Source of the DNA: Octopus vulgaris
Taxonomy: Eukaryota
Length of the DNA: 64,000 bases
Assembly (NCBI GenBank): GCA_951406725.2
Contig: OX597817.1
Span: forward strand, 144,088,001-144,152,000
Direction of reading: 5' to 3'
The position numbers and the translations under genes are program-made. A model generated the notes under the pieces. The model searched no databases and was not told the DNA's origin. It was given only the letters and a program-made list of their open reading frames with translations. Of this stretch, positions 40,641-51,930 are shown one piece after another (the stretch's first letter is position 1; each line of letters starts with the position of its first letter).

Positions 40641-41175
40641 AGTAAACTATGTAAAAATATATAAATATAAAAAATGAAATAACACCATTTAATTAAATCA
40701 AAGGAAAAGTAATATGGAAACTTTGTAACCTTGAATATAATGTCACTTTTGCCTGTCTCCTGTCCGGGAAACACAGCATCCTTATCTAGCTTTTTGGGAC
40801 GTTCAACAAAAGAGAAGAGATAGTGTACAAGTGTAGACATGAAAACAACTATTTAAATAATTTCCTTCTAACTAGAGAAGTACAGAATACAGGAGACTGG
40901 CTGCCAGGCTATTCTTCGAAAAGCCACGAAGTTTCGAAGGTGCTCGACTTATTTGAAATAGAAGTAAAATCTTCTTCAAATTATACACCACACTGTTTTG
41001 AAAAGGGACAAATTAGGACATGTGCAAAAAAAAAAAAAAAATTAAAAAAAGTGATAGCTAAAACTAGGAGATCTTTGATCATAGGGATATAGACGGTCGT
41101 GGTCACCATTATAGATGGTCGTAGTGTCACCATCTAATATCGGCTCATATCAGAAGGCTGAAATGATACATATAA

Positions 41176-41800
41176 TGTACCAGTTGGAAAAGAGAAGAGA
41201 CACAACCGAGTATAAGTCTTGGAGAACATTTATTCATATACTTACATACATCTGTATGGGTTGTATTCTTGCTGTTGACCATGGTGAGGTAGCTCACGAA
41301 CAGCGCTATGTTAGAACCTGTGCAGTGTGGCTGGTACTGTGTACGTAGAGATGTTGTTGACGACGTTGGAGAGAGACATGATGGTGGCGACGAAGATGGA
41401 GTTCGCTGAAATGCTGTTGGACGGGTGTTGTCTGGCGTCGTTGGTGGAACTGGCTGTGTCGTGTGGTCAGTGGCTTGACCTTAGAAGGTCTGGAACCAAA
41501 GACCTTAAGACAAAAAACTGAGTTTTTATAGGTCACAGCAGGCTCAAATTGGAGTTTAGAACTGACTGTCTCACGCGATCTTATTCAGGGACTTCGATTG
41601 GTTAGGTTGCATATTGAGGCGCTAGAATAAGAGACAAATTGCGCCAATACTAACCAATCAGAATGGTGAACATAGCGTCCAAAGGTTAGCTGTTATCTGC
41701 TACGTTCGAAAGTATGTACATATGATAAAGGAGAGAGGAATTTCACTGGAGTGGGAAGTACAGACATACTTTATTAGAATTAACCTGAGGTTAAATAACA
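41176..41800 (-). mobile_element. Solo LTR (625 bp), probably Ty3/Gypsy-type
   Basis: TG...CA ends and a 4-bp duplication ATAA (41172-41175 and 41801-41804). In minus-strand order: CCAAT (about 41597), TATAAAA (41523-41529) and AATAAA (about 41228-41233). Confidence 0.7.
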
Positions 41801-42155
41801 ATAATATCACTCAATCAGCAACTAACCAATGACAACGAAGCAGACAACTGTACGAATTCACCAGTCACCATGAAGAAATATAAACATCAGGAAACTCGTA
41901 TCGTTGTTGTAAAGTTATTGCCTAAATATATAAATAAATAAACTCTATATCTGGATGGACTCATACTAAACTCTGTTGGACTTTGGATTTTACTCAAAGT
42001 ATATTGGAATATTACACATATATACCATTATGCCTATGAAACGGATTTACGAATTCATCAACCATACATATCTTACATCTATTTTCTTTCCTCCACCTCA
42101 CTCTCTATTTGTATCACATCGAAACTAACTATGACTTAATTTTTCCTCTCACACC

Positions 42156-42207
42156 GTCTCCGATGAAAGGATATTATTAATTAATATCCTAGAAACAGCT
42201 GTAAAAC
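42156..42207 (+). ncRNA. Hammerhead-like motif with U4C core variant
   Basis: gtct-CCGATGA-a-aggatatta-ttaat-taatatcct-a-GAAA-cagctg-TA-aaac. Stem II has 9 bp, stem III is palindromic, and stem I pairs 3 of 4. Confidence 0.6.
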
Positions 42208-42314
42208 CATCTGTCTATAAATGGTCTAATATCTATACAGCCTTGGTTTTTTTATCTCATTACGCAAAAAATTCATATATATAAATTTATCTATATGCTA
42301 TAAGTACTTTTTTT

Positions 42315-43200
42315 TCACGATGTGAAGGTGCATGTTCTAGTGGCACCTGTTAAAAGTATTTTCAACCCGAAATGAAGGACTTTATCACTTCTTGGTGCCT
42401 TCGAGTTGGTTATTTGCTGTAACGTCTGGAATAGATTTTCAGATGAATGGTTTCTCACGCTGCTGCATTTGTTGTCCTGGACACTTTTATCCGTAGCAAT
42501 CTCTTTTGCTGTCCTTATTTCCAAACAAAATTCCTCGACTTCTTTTGCTGTTGCAAATTACATTGATTTCTGTTTTATCTATTTATTTTTTTTTACCTAA
42601 GTCTTCATAAAATCATTTTAGATTGGAGTCGAACTGTTTGTTTTCTGCAAAGAATCGTTGTCGTCTTTCACAACGACGGATTCTTTGCGATTTATCGAGC
42701 ATATCTCGTTGCAGACATTCTTTTATTTCGAATATTTCTTTTTCTCTTATGTTATAATCCTGCAATATTTCGCCGTACAATTTTCTCCATTTATATCTTT
42801 TCTTCATCGATTTCATAAAGGATCGAGCTGTTTTATTTTATTTCTTTCTTCCTCATCTTCTTTGCGTTTGCTTTCTACGTTGTTTGCATTAAGTTTTAAT
42901 ATTCGTATATGAATAGATCTAAAGGAATATCCATGTCCTTTGTAATTACTGCAGTGACTGCATACATTATTCGGTGATATTGATGTTCGTATCAGTTTTT
43001 GCTAAATCTACGATGGCTAGGTTTTCATTTTAGCTTTCACCAATGTTGTTGCTATTTCGTCGCTGTTTTATCCATGGGCAGTTCTTTTATTGCAGTCATA
43101 GAAACATCTATCCAATTTAATTCTTTAACTATTTCTACCTTTATATGTTTGTCTCATTTACAATTTCCATCTTTAAAGTTGTATATTAAATCCTTAAATC
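42315..43200 (-). mobile_element. Decayed R4/Dong-like non-LTR retrotransposon fragment (pre-RT region)
   Basis: RIRRCERRQRFFAENKQFDSNLK and NSKAPRSDKVLHFGLK resemble the RLRRY.....F..N..F..N.K and NWKAPGPD.I..FWLK motifs. It probably continues past the LINE insertion to about 44000. Confidence 0.55.
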
Positions 43201-43204
43201 CTTA

Positions 43205-43795
43205 AAAATATTTCAGCTCGAAAGCTGCGGCTATGCTGGGGCACCACCGTTGAATGAGTTACACTAGCATGTGAAACCATCTCTGATACGTGGCACTTGA
43301 TCAACAAGGGAGTTTGACGCCGCTGCCCGCATCTGTGTTTCTTGCTGAAAGGTAGGTTCATCTGGAACCCTTGACAAGAAGAGATCCAGTTTAGTTTTAA
43401 AGAAACCCGCATCCACACCATGCAGGTCTCTCAGGCATTTAGGAAGGATATTGAAGAGCTGTGGACCCCTGAACCCCAAGCTGTTGCAGTATCTGGTCCT
43501 GTATTTTGATGGTGAGGTTGGGGCCTTTGGCACCTTGCAGTGGTGCCCCGTTCTGCTGTTGGGGTAACTTTGAATGCCAAAATTCTGGACAAGACCCTCC
43601 AGGATTTTCCAGATGTATATCACTGCATATCTCTCCTGCCTTCGCTCCAGGGAGAAGAGTTTTAATACTTTCAGTCTTTCCCAGTAGCTGATATGTTGCA
43701 TTGAGACGATCTTCTTAGTGTAGCTTCGTTGGATTGCTTCGAGTTCTGCTGTTAACTTTATATTGTGTGGTGACCATAGTTGGGAGCAGTCTTCA
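43205..43795 (-). mobile_element. 5'-truncated CR1/L2-group LINE, related to 26247-26760
   Basis: CSQLWSPH...LEAIQRSYTKKI..MQHISYWERLKVLKLFSLERRQERYAVIYIWKILEGL; 3' end ggtggtgccccagcatagccgcagctttcgagctgaaat. Confidence 0.85.
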
Positions 43796-44381
43796 ATATT
43801 TCACTGTTTGTATGATTCAGCTTCAGAATATATGGGTCAATATTTAGTTGCGGTGCTAGCGTTGGATTTTATTGTTTTTTTACATTGTTATTTATTATTT
43901 TATTGTTATTATTTTGTAGTTTTGAGTGTCAAGTCGAACTTCGTGGTTTAGGTTAACGATGTTTAAGATTTTTATTCTCTTTGTTTGCAACTAGATTTTG
44001 TTTGTTTCCTCTGTTCCCATCATGCATTTCGGGTGCTTGCATGATTTCGTGGTTAAATGGTTTGCATCTCAAAATTATGGTTCCGTGTTCGATTCCACTT
44101 TACAAATCCTAAAACTTCTGGTTGACCAATACGTCGTGAGTGGAGTTTATTAGACAAAAACTGTACTGAAGCCCGTTGTATACATACATGCATACATACA
44201 TACATACATACATACATACATACATACATACATACATGCATAAATACATACATGCATAAATACATACATGCATAAATACATACATGCATACATACATACA
44301 TACATACATACATAATACATACATACATACACACATACATAATATGTGTGTGTGTGTGTGTGTATATATATATAGATATAT

Positions 44382-44544
44382 AGGCGCAGGAGTGGCTGTG
44401 TGGTAAGTAGTTTGCTTACCAACCACATGGTTCCGGGTTCAGTCCCACTGTGTAGCACCTTGGGCAAGTGTCTTCTACTATAGTCACGGGCCGACTAAAG
44501 CCTTGTGAGTGGATTTGGTAGACGGAAACTGAAAGATGCCCGAC

Positions 44545-44547
<3 letters not shown>
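44382..44547 (+). mobile_element. Family A SINE, 5' half (3' half at 49352-49580), split by the PLE
   Basis: The head ends at the point where intact copies carry the internal (TA)n/(TG)n tract. The matching tail resumes immediately after the PLE. Confidence 0.85.
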
Positions 44548-44602
<55 letters not shown>

Positions 44603-44608
<6 letters not shown>

Positions 44609-47600
44609 AATCCAAACGGGAAACAAAAAAAACAACAACAAGGGAACAATTACAGTATTATTATTAATAGGCGCTCAGGAAATGGAAGCAGGGAGGTATG
44701 ACGTTTCGAGCGGAGCTCTTCGTCGGAAACATAAAGAAGGAAGAGAGAGAAAGAAAGATCCCGGAGCGGGCAACGGAGATAGAGAAAAAAACGGCTGGTG
44801 TTAGCAGTAGCACATGGTGAAAGGCGGATGTTTACGATAACAAGAGCAAAGTGGGTTTTTAAAGGCAAAAGAGTGGAGACAAGGTTGGTAACGCAACAGA
44901 TGTGTGTGTATGTGTGAGTGTGTGCGTGTGCGTGTGTGTATGTGTGTGTGTGAGGCGAGGTAAAAAAACAAAAAATATATGTATGTGTTAGTGTGTGCGT
45001 CTGTGTGTAGGCGTGTGAGGTAGGGCGAGACGGTGGTCAGCATAGCAGCAGCATAGCAGATAAAGGTCAGTAGTGAGAAAAGGGAGGAAGGAGGAAGGGA
45101 GGGAGGGGAAGGGGTGGGGGCGTATGTAGCGTGCCAGCGTGTGTTGAGTAGTAGTGTGTGTGTGTGTCCAGTGTCGTGGTAGTATTAGTGGCGAGTAGAT
45201 TGAATGTGTGTAAGAGTGATGTATATGTTTAAGCAATGTGTGTATATGTGTGCGCGTGTGTGTAACGAAAAAAAAAGGGGGGGGGGGTTAGGAAAAGGAC
45301 TCCAGCGGAGGGGAAGATGGAAGAGTGGTCCCGCGGAGACGGGCGTGGGAAAACCCAACGACAAGCGACATCCCAGGAACGGGCGGGAGGTCTCGTCGGG
45401 TCCAAGGGCGAGGTGCATGCGGGCGCATGCGTGCGCGAACCGGCGCAAACGCGTGTGTGCGCGAGCCTGCGAGTGTGCGCATACGTATGTGTGCGTGTGG
45501 ATGTGTGAGTGTGTCTGTGTGTATGTCTGGGTGGCAGTGTGTCCGATGAATGTATGTGAGTATGTGTGTATATATGTGTGTGCATAGATGTATGTCCGTG
45601 TGTGTGTGTGTGTGTGTATGTGTGTATGAGTGTGTATGTATGTACGTGTGGGTGTGGGGAAGTGTGTGTATGTGCATGTGTGTGCGCGAACATACAGGTG
45701 TGTGAGTGAGTGCGTGTGTGTGTATGTATGTGTGAGTGTGTATGTATGTGTGTGTAGGATGCATGTATGTGTATGGGTGTATGTATGCGTGTGTGTATGT
45801 ATGTATGTGTACGTGCGTGTGTGTGTGTGTATGCGTGTAGGTGTGCGCGTGTGCATGCGTGCATGTATGTGCGTATGTGTGTGTGTGTGCATGTGTGTGG
45901 GTATATATGTGTGTGCGTATATGTGTGTGTATGTGCGTACATGTGTGTGTGTGTGCATGTGTGTGTGTAGGTGTGTAGGCGTGTGTGTATAGGTGTATGT
46001 ATGTAAGTATGTATGGGTGTGTCCGTGTATGTGTGTATGTATGTGTATGTAGCTGTGTGGGCGTGTGTATATGTGTGTGTATGTAGGTGTGTAGGCGTGT
46101 GTATATAGGTGTATGTATGTATGTCTGGGTGTGTCCGTGCATGTTTGTGTGTGTGTGTGTGTGCATGTGTATGTAGGTGTGTGTGTACGTGTGTAATGTA
46201 TGTGTGTATGCGTGTGTATGCGTGCGTGTGTGTATGTAGGTGCGTGTGTATGTGTGTGGGAGTGTAGGTGTGTGTGTGCGTGTGCGTGTTTATGTTGGTG
46301 TGTGCGTATGTGAGTGTGAGTGTATGAGTGTTTGTCATGCATGTGTGTGCGCGTGCAGGTGAGTGTGTGTGTAAGTATGTGTGTGTGTATGTTTGTGTGA
46401 GTGTGTATGTGTGTATGTCTGTGTGTATGTATGTGCGTATAGGAGTATGTAGGTATGTGTGTGTGTATGTATATGGGTGTATGTATGTGTGTGTGTGTGC
46501 ATGTGTATAAGTATATGCGTGTGTGCGTATGTGTGTGTATGTGTATGTGTGTGTGTTTATGTATGTGTGTATGTATGTGTGTAGGCGTGAGTGTGTAGAT
46601 GTATCTATGTATGGGTGTGTGTCAGTGTGTGTTTGTGTGTGTGTAGGTAGATGTGTGTGTCTGAGTGAGGGTATGGCTGTGTAGGTGTGTGTGTGTATGA
46701 ATGTAAGTGTGTGCGTATACAAGTGTAATGTATGTATGTGGGTGTGTGTGTGTGTGTATGTGTACGTGTGCGTGTGTATGTGTGTGTGTGTATGCGTGTG
46801 AGTGTGGGTGTATGGGTGTATGTCTGTGTGTGTGTATGTCTGAAGTGGGTATGTGTGTGTATGTATGTATGTGTGTGTGTGTGTGCGGGTATGTGTGTGT
46901 GTGTATGTGTGTGTGTGAGTAGGTGTGCGTGTATGTATGTGGGTAGGGATGCATGCGAGTGTGTGGGTATGTATGCAAACATACGCAAGCGCACATCCGA
47001 AGCAAGCCCACACACACGAAGCGCGCTCACGCACACAACGCACAAGCAGTGCAACGCAAGCCCAAAGGGGCCGACCGAGCCCCCAGCGCGCGCCAAGGCG
47101 CGCGAGCGCAAAGGCCCTCGAACGCCCCGCTACGCGGGAACCGAGGATCCATCAGCCAAAACCGGAAAGCAGAAAAGAGGGGGGCTGCCTGGATGCAAAA
47201 AGGTGTATGTGTGTGTGCATTCAGTGTACGGGTGTGCAAGTGTGGGTATGTATGTATGTATGTGCCTACATGTATGTGTGCATGTGTGTGTGTGTGAGGT
47301 ATGTACGTGCGGTGTGTGTGTGTGAGTGTGTGTGTATGTATGTGCGTATGTATGTGTGTGTGTATGTGTGTATGTATGTCTGTGTGTGTGTGTGTGTGTA
47401 AGTATGTATGCGTGTGTGTATGTATGTGTGTGTGTATGTGCATGTGTGTCTGTAAGTGTGTGTGATTAAATGTGTGAATGTATGTACGTAGATGGGTCTA
47501 CGTATGTGTGTGTGTGAACAGGCGTGTGGGAGGTAGGTAGGTGGGTGGGAGGTGGGTGGGTGGGTGTGTGTGGGTGGTGTGTCCGGAAAAAAAAAAAAAA

Positions 47601-49350
47601 AAAAAAAAAAAGAACGGTCTCAAGAGGAGGGGGCTGTGTTAAGTCCGTGTGGGGTGGTAGTTTGTAGGGTGAAGATGTAGCGTTGCTCCAAGTGGAGCCT
47701 GGAAAGTGGGCGACCATTGTGGGGGGCGAGACCAAACACTGAGATGTCATCTCGGGAATGGCCGGCCGAGCGGAAGTGGCGTGCGACGGGAGAAAAAGAG
47801 TGTAGGCGAACGTCCCTCAAGTGTTCAGTGAAACGGTCAGACAACCGGCGTCCCGTCTGACCTACATACAGCATCCCGCATAGGTTGCATTTAATGCAGT
47901 AAATAAGGCCAGACGAGGTGCACGTAAAAGAGTGCCTAATGCGTACAGTATGCAGGTTGGAGCCGGTGACAGCGGTGGTGTTGGTGATGAAGGGGCAAGT
48001 GTTGCAGCGGGATCTAGAGCAAGGGAATGATCCGTGTGGGGTTGAGGGGGAAGGGGAGAGGGTGCTGTGGACCAGGAGGTCACGCAGATTGCGGGCTCGT
48101 TTGAAAGAGGACAGGGGTGGGTTAGGGAAAATGGGGCGGGTGGTGGGATCAAGCTGGAGGCGACGGAAGGCACGTAGTATCTTGCGACGAAGGGGTAGGG
48201 TAGAGGGGTGGAAAAGGAGGGGGAAGGGGGTGCGGTTGGGGGGTGGGCGGGGGGAAGGAGACAAGGCGGTAGTGCGGTCGATGCGACGGGCGCGGGTGAG
48301 GGCATCAGAGAGGAGTGTGGGTGGGTAACCTCGGAGTCTGAACATGCGGGCCAGGTATTGAGATTGGGTCTCGAAATCCTGGTCGCGGCTGCACAAACGT
48401 CGGAGGCGGAGGAACTGGGAGTAGGGGATGGCTCGTTTGGTGTGGAAGGGGTGGGAGGAAGAGAAGTTGAGATAGAGGTGGGAATCCGTAGGTTTAAAGA
48501 AGGCGGTGGTGGTGAGAGAGCTGGAGGGGTGATCGATGCGGAGAGAGATGTCAAGGAAGTTGACAGAGGTGTTGGAGATGGTGGAGGTGAATTGAAGAGA
48601 GGGGTGAAAGTTGGAAAGGAAAGAGATGAATTGGCCGAGAAGTTCCCGGGAAAGGGAGGTGGCACCTACACAGTCGTCGATATAGCGACCGTATAGTTCG
48701 GGGGTCGGCCCAGAGAACTGGGAGAACACTTGGGCCTCAATGTAGCCAAGAAAGAGATTGGCGAAATTGGGGCCCATCCTAGTTCCCATCGCGACCCCGG
48801 ACACCTGTTGGTACGTTTCCCCGGCGAACGTGAAGCAATTGAGGGTGAGGACGAGCTCAGCCAAACGGAGAAGGGTGGGGGTGCTGGGGGTGGGGTCGGG
48901 ACGACGGTCGAGGAAGTGTTGGAGGGCTAGGAGACCGTCATTGTGGGGAATCACTGTGTACAGAGATTTTACATCTAAGGTGAAGAGGAGGTGTGGGGGG
49001 CTGGAAGGGAAGGAAAAGGAATTGAAGAGACGGAGGGCGTGGTTGGTGTCGTGTATGTGGGATGGGAGGGCTGCGACTAAGGGGGACAGGATGCGGTCGA
49101 GGTATAGGGAGATGAGTTCAGTGGGGCAATTACAGGCAGAGACTATGGGACGGCCAGGGTTAGAGGGTTTATGGATCTTGGGAAGGAAGTAGATGGTGGA
49201 GGTGCGGGGTGTGCGGACGATGAGGTTGGTGGCGGTGAGGGGGAGAGCGGAGGAGGAGATGAGGTCGTGGATGGTGGAGGACACTCGCTGTTGGTAGGAG
49301 GAGGTGGGATCGGAGGGGAGGAGGCGATAGAAGAGGGGATTTTGAAGATG
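44603..49350 (-). mobile_element. 5'-truncated Penelope-like retroelement (Neptune-type) with about 3 kb 3' region
   Basis: RT-GIY-YIG ORF, then a long degenerate CA-type tract with GC-rich islands, a hammerhead variant at 44696-44730, and a terminus shared with 24121-24364. Confidence 0.8.
44696..44730 (-). ncRNA. Minimal hammerhead-like motif with U4C core variant
   Basis: Minus strand: gttt-CCGACGA-a-gagc-tcc-gctc-GAAA-cg-TC-atac. The sister copy at 24222-24256 has stem I gttt/aaac. Confidence 0.65.
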
Positions 49351-49353
49351 CAT
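47620..49353 (-). CDS. Penelope-like element reverse transcriptase plus GIY-YIG endonuclease (N-terminally truncated, 577 codons open)
   Basis: YFLPKIHKP..PGRPIVS, LDVKSLYT, QVSGVAMGT, RYIDD, FLDI, KPTD, Cys-rich linker CSRSRCNTC, and GLIYCIKC..C..LYVGQTGRRL..RFTEH. The ATG probably derives from the flanking microsatellite. Confidence 0.95.
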   Translation of the reverse strand: MHLQNPLFYRLLPSDPTSSYQQRVSSTIHDLISSSALPLTATNLIVRTPRTSTIYFLPKIHKPSNPGRPIVSACNCPTELISLYLDRILSPLVAALPSHIHDTNHALRLFNSFSFPSSPPHLLFTLDVKSLYTVIPHNDGLLALQHFLDRRPDPTPSTPTLLRLAELVLTLNCFTFAGETYQQVSGVAMGTRMGPNFANLFLGYIEAQVFSQFSGPTPELYGRYIDDCVGATSLSRELLGQFISFLSNFHPSLQFTSTISNTSVNFLDISLRIDHPSSSLTTTAFFKPTDSHLYLNFSSSHPFHTKRAIPYSQFLRLRRLCSRDQDFETQSQYLARMFRLRGYPPTLLSDALTRARRIDRTTALSPSPRPPPNRTPFPLLFHPSTLPLRRKILRAFRRLQLDPTTRPIFPNPPLSSFKRARNLRDLLVHSTLSPSPSTPHGSFPCSRSRCNTCPFITNTTAVTGSNLHTVRIRHSFTCTSSGLIYCIKCNLCGMLYVGQTGRRLSDRFTEHLRDVRLHSFSPVARHFRSAGHSRDDISVFGLAPHNGRPLSRLHLEQRYIFTLQTTTPHGLNTAPSS

Positions 49354-50777
49354 ACATATATATGTGTGTGTGTGTGTGTGTGCGTATGTTTGTCCCTAAC
49401 TATCGCTTGACAACCGATGTTGGTGTGTTTACGTCCCAGTAACTTAGCGGCTCGGCTAAGAGACAGAATAAGTACTAAGAGACCGATAGAATAAGTACTA
49501 GTCCTGGGGTCGACTGGTTCGATTAAAGGTGGTGCTCCAACATGGCCGCAGTTAAGATCACTAAAACAAATAAATGAATAAATATACGACGGACTACCAA
49601 ATTCACCCCCGAGTCATAGGTTGACCCGGGAATATAGTAGAAAACACTTTCCCATGTGGCTGCGCAGTGGGACTGAACCAGAGACCATGTGGTTAGTAAG
49701 CAAGCTTCGTATTCACATAGCCAGCCCACGCCTGAATAATATACTCATGACACAGTATAAAAGTCTATGATATTTAACATTTTTAATACATATATCCTTA
49801 GTATTTTTCCCATTTTACGATATTTTATGATATTTCCCATTTTAAGATATTTTATATAATTAAAACCAAAAACATCCGTGCATGTACATATTTCAATTAA
49901 TTACATTACGGAACGGACTTTGGACTTTCTATCATAAATTTAATTCTTGATGTACTTAATTTTAAATCGATAGCTTTAAACCATTCCACTCTGGATCCTA
50001 AATTTCAATATAATACATTATTATAACATGGAACATATTCGTATTAATTCAATGTGGCATTTTCGAATCTGGATGTTTCATAAATGTATTAAACGAATCA
50101 AATCCACAGTTGTCGAACGTAACGTTTGTCAGGCAACTACGCGTAATGTTTTAATCTAATTTCAAATTTTGAAACGGAGGGCCAAAGCACCCACTTCTTA
50201 TCACAATATAGACCCGGTCCTTAACGTAATATAATATATACTAAAGATATCCTTAATCTTAAGTTGATATTTTAAAAATGTATTTTATATACTTTAAGCA
50301 TTCAGCATTTAATTTTGTTATAGTGTTATATCTCTCCCTTACTCACCCTCCTTCTCTCTCTCTCTCTCTATCTATCTCTCTGTATACACACACACACACA
50401 CACACGTGTGTGTGTGTGTGTGTGGAGGCACAATGGCCCAGTAGTTAGGGCAGCGGACTCGCGGTTTCGATTCCCTGACTGGGCGTTGTGAGTGTTTATC
50501 GAGCGAAAACACCTAAAGTTCCACGAGGCCCCGGCAGGAGTGGTGGAGGACCCTGCTGTACTCTTTCACCACAACTTTCTCTCACTCTTTCTGTTGTACT
50601 TTTATTTCAAAGGGCCAGCCTTGTCACACTTTGTGTTACGCTGAATCTCCCCGAGAACTACGTTAAGGGTACACGTGTCTGCGGAGTGCTCAGCCAATTG
50701 CACGTTAATTTCACGATCAGGATGTTCCGTTGATCGGATCAACTGGAACCCACGTCATCGTAACCAACGGAGTGCTC

Positions 50778-50839
<62 letters not shown>

Positions 50840-50875
50840 GGGAAGTAAGAAGAAAAGTAAACGAAAATATACATT

Positions 50876-51930
50876 GGAAATAAAAGAAGTGAAGGCTTTT
50901 TATGAAAAGTAACGATAGGTATATACAATTAGATAACCTGAGGGAGGAATAATAGTAATAAAAGCCATTATTGTGAATTGTTAAAGAGATTTAAAAGCAT
51001 ACCGTTTTCGTAAATTTACTAATCATTGCTTTGAATAAAAACAATGTACAAAATTTTAAGCTCATACAAAATTATCAAAAGCAAAATGCAACCTAAATCA
51101 CTGAAAAAAATATTAGCCAGCGCAAGACTATATCCATTAATAACAGAACCAAAAGTGAAAAAATGTGGTCGACCTAACTGTGGTTTAGAATTCCACTTTA
51201 AACAAGGTGAAATATTTAAGATCAAATCAAGTTTCATCTGTTCATTGGAAAATCTAATCTACGCCATTACATGCTTAGGGTGTGGTAATAATTATATTGG
51301 CCAAACAGGAATATCACTCTGTCGAAGAACCACTCTCCACAAAGAACAAATCCGCCACCCACAATACAGACAGATACAGGTTAGTGAACACATAGAAAGG
51401 TGTTCTAGGAATCTTAATCCTAATTTTCCCCTTCTATCAATTTTCAAAGACGACCTCAGTACAACAAAGAATGAATAAAAAGGCAACTTTCATCAATAAA
51501 TATCTTCCCCAACTCAATATGAACGCATAACATAATATAGAACACTACTAACCTTTCAATTAATACCACTAACCCCTATACATCCCATACACCATTCACA
51601 TTACAGATCTTTATCTACCCTAATTGCACCAAATCTAGAACTACTTACCTCCCTTACACATAATCTTTTTACTCAGCGACTAGTAGACCTGACACCGTTC
51701 ATTAATCGGTGTGCATTCAAAGCAATGATTAGTAAATTTACGAAACCGGTATGCTTTTAAATCTCTTTAACAATTCACAATAATGACTTTTATTACTTTT
51801 ATTCCTACCTCAGTTCATCTAATTGTATATATCTATCGTTACTTTTCATAAAAAAAAGCCTTTACTTTTTGATTTTAAAAAAAGGCATTCAAAGCATTGA
51901 TTAGTAAATTTACGAAAACGGTATGCATTT
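50876..51930 (+). mobile_element. Penelope-like element 3' fragment with inverted and direct pseudo-LTR copies
   Basis: GIY-YIG remnant (51044-51478: KKCGRPNC..NLIYAITCLGCGNNYIGQTG..LCRRTTLH). About 155 bp inverted repeat 50880-51035 vs 51715-51868, and a short direct copy at 51886-51930. Confidence 0.85.
51719..51757 (+). ncRNA. Minimal hammerhead-like motif with A3-U8 compensatory core
   Basis: aaagca-ATGATTA-gtaaatttac-GAAA-ccgg-TA-tgcttt. Stem I 6 of 6 bp, short gta/tac stem II, CCGG palindromic stem III. Copies at 50994-51032(-) and 51891-51929(+). Confidence 0.65.

Noticed and set aside
45350-45405. Minus-strand ggac-CCGACGA-gac...gtc as another hammerhead
   Set aside because: No GAAA after the putative stem II (it reads gctt). 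Better explained as a plain hairpin.
45185-47443. Long His/Thr-rich and Cys/Val-rich ORFs (385 aa, 604 aa and others)
   Set aside because: Translations of degenerate CA/TG microsatellite that lacks stop codons by composition.
47862-49192. Overlapping alternative-frame and antisense ORFs in the PLE
   Set aside because: By-products of the GC-rich, strand-skewed PLE coding sequence.
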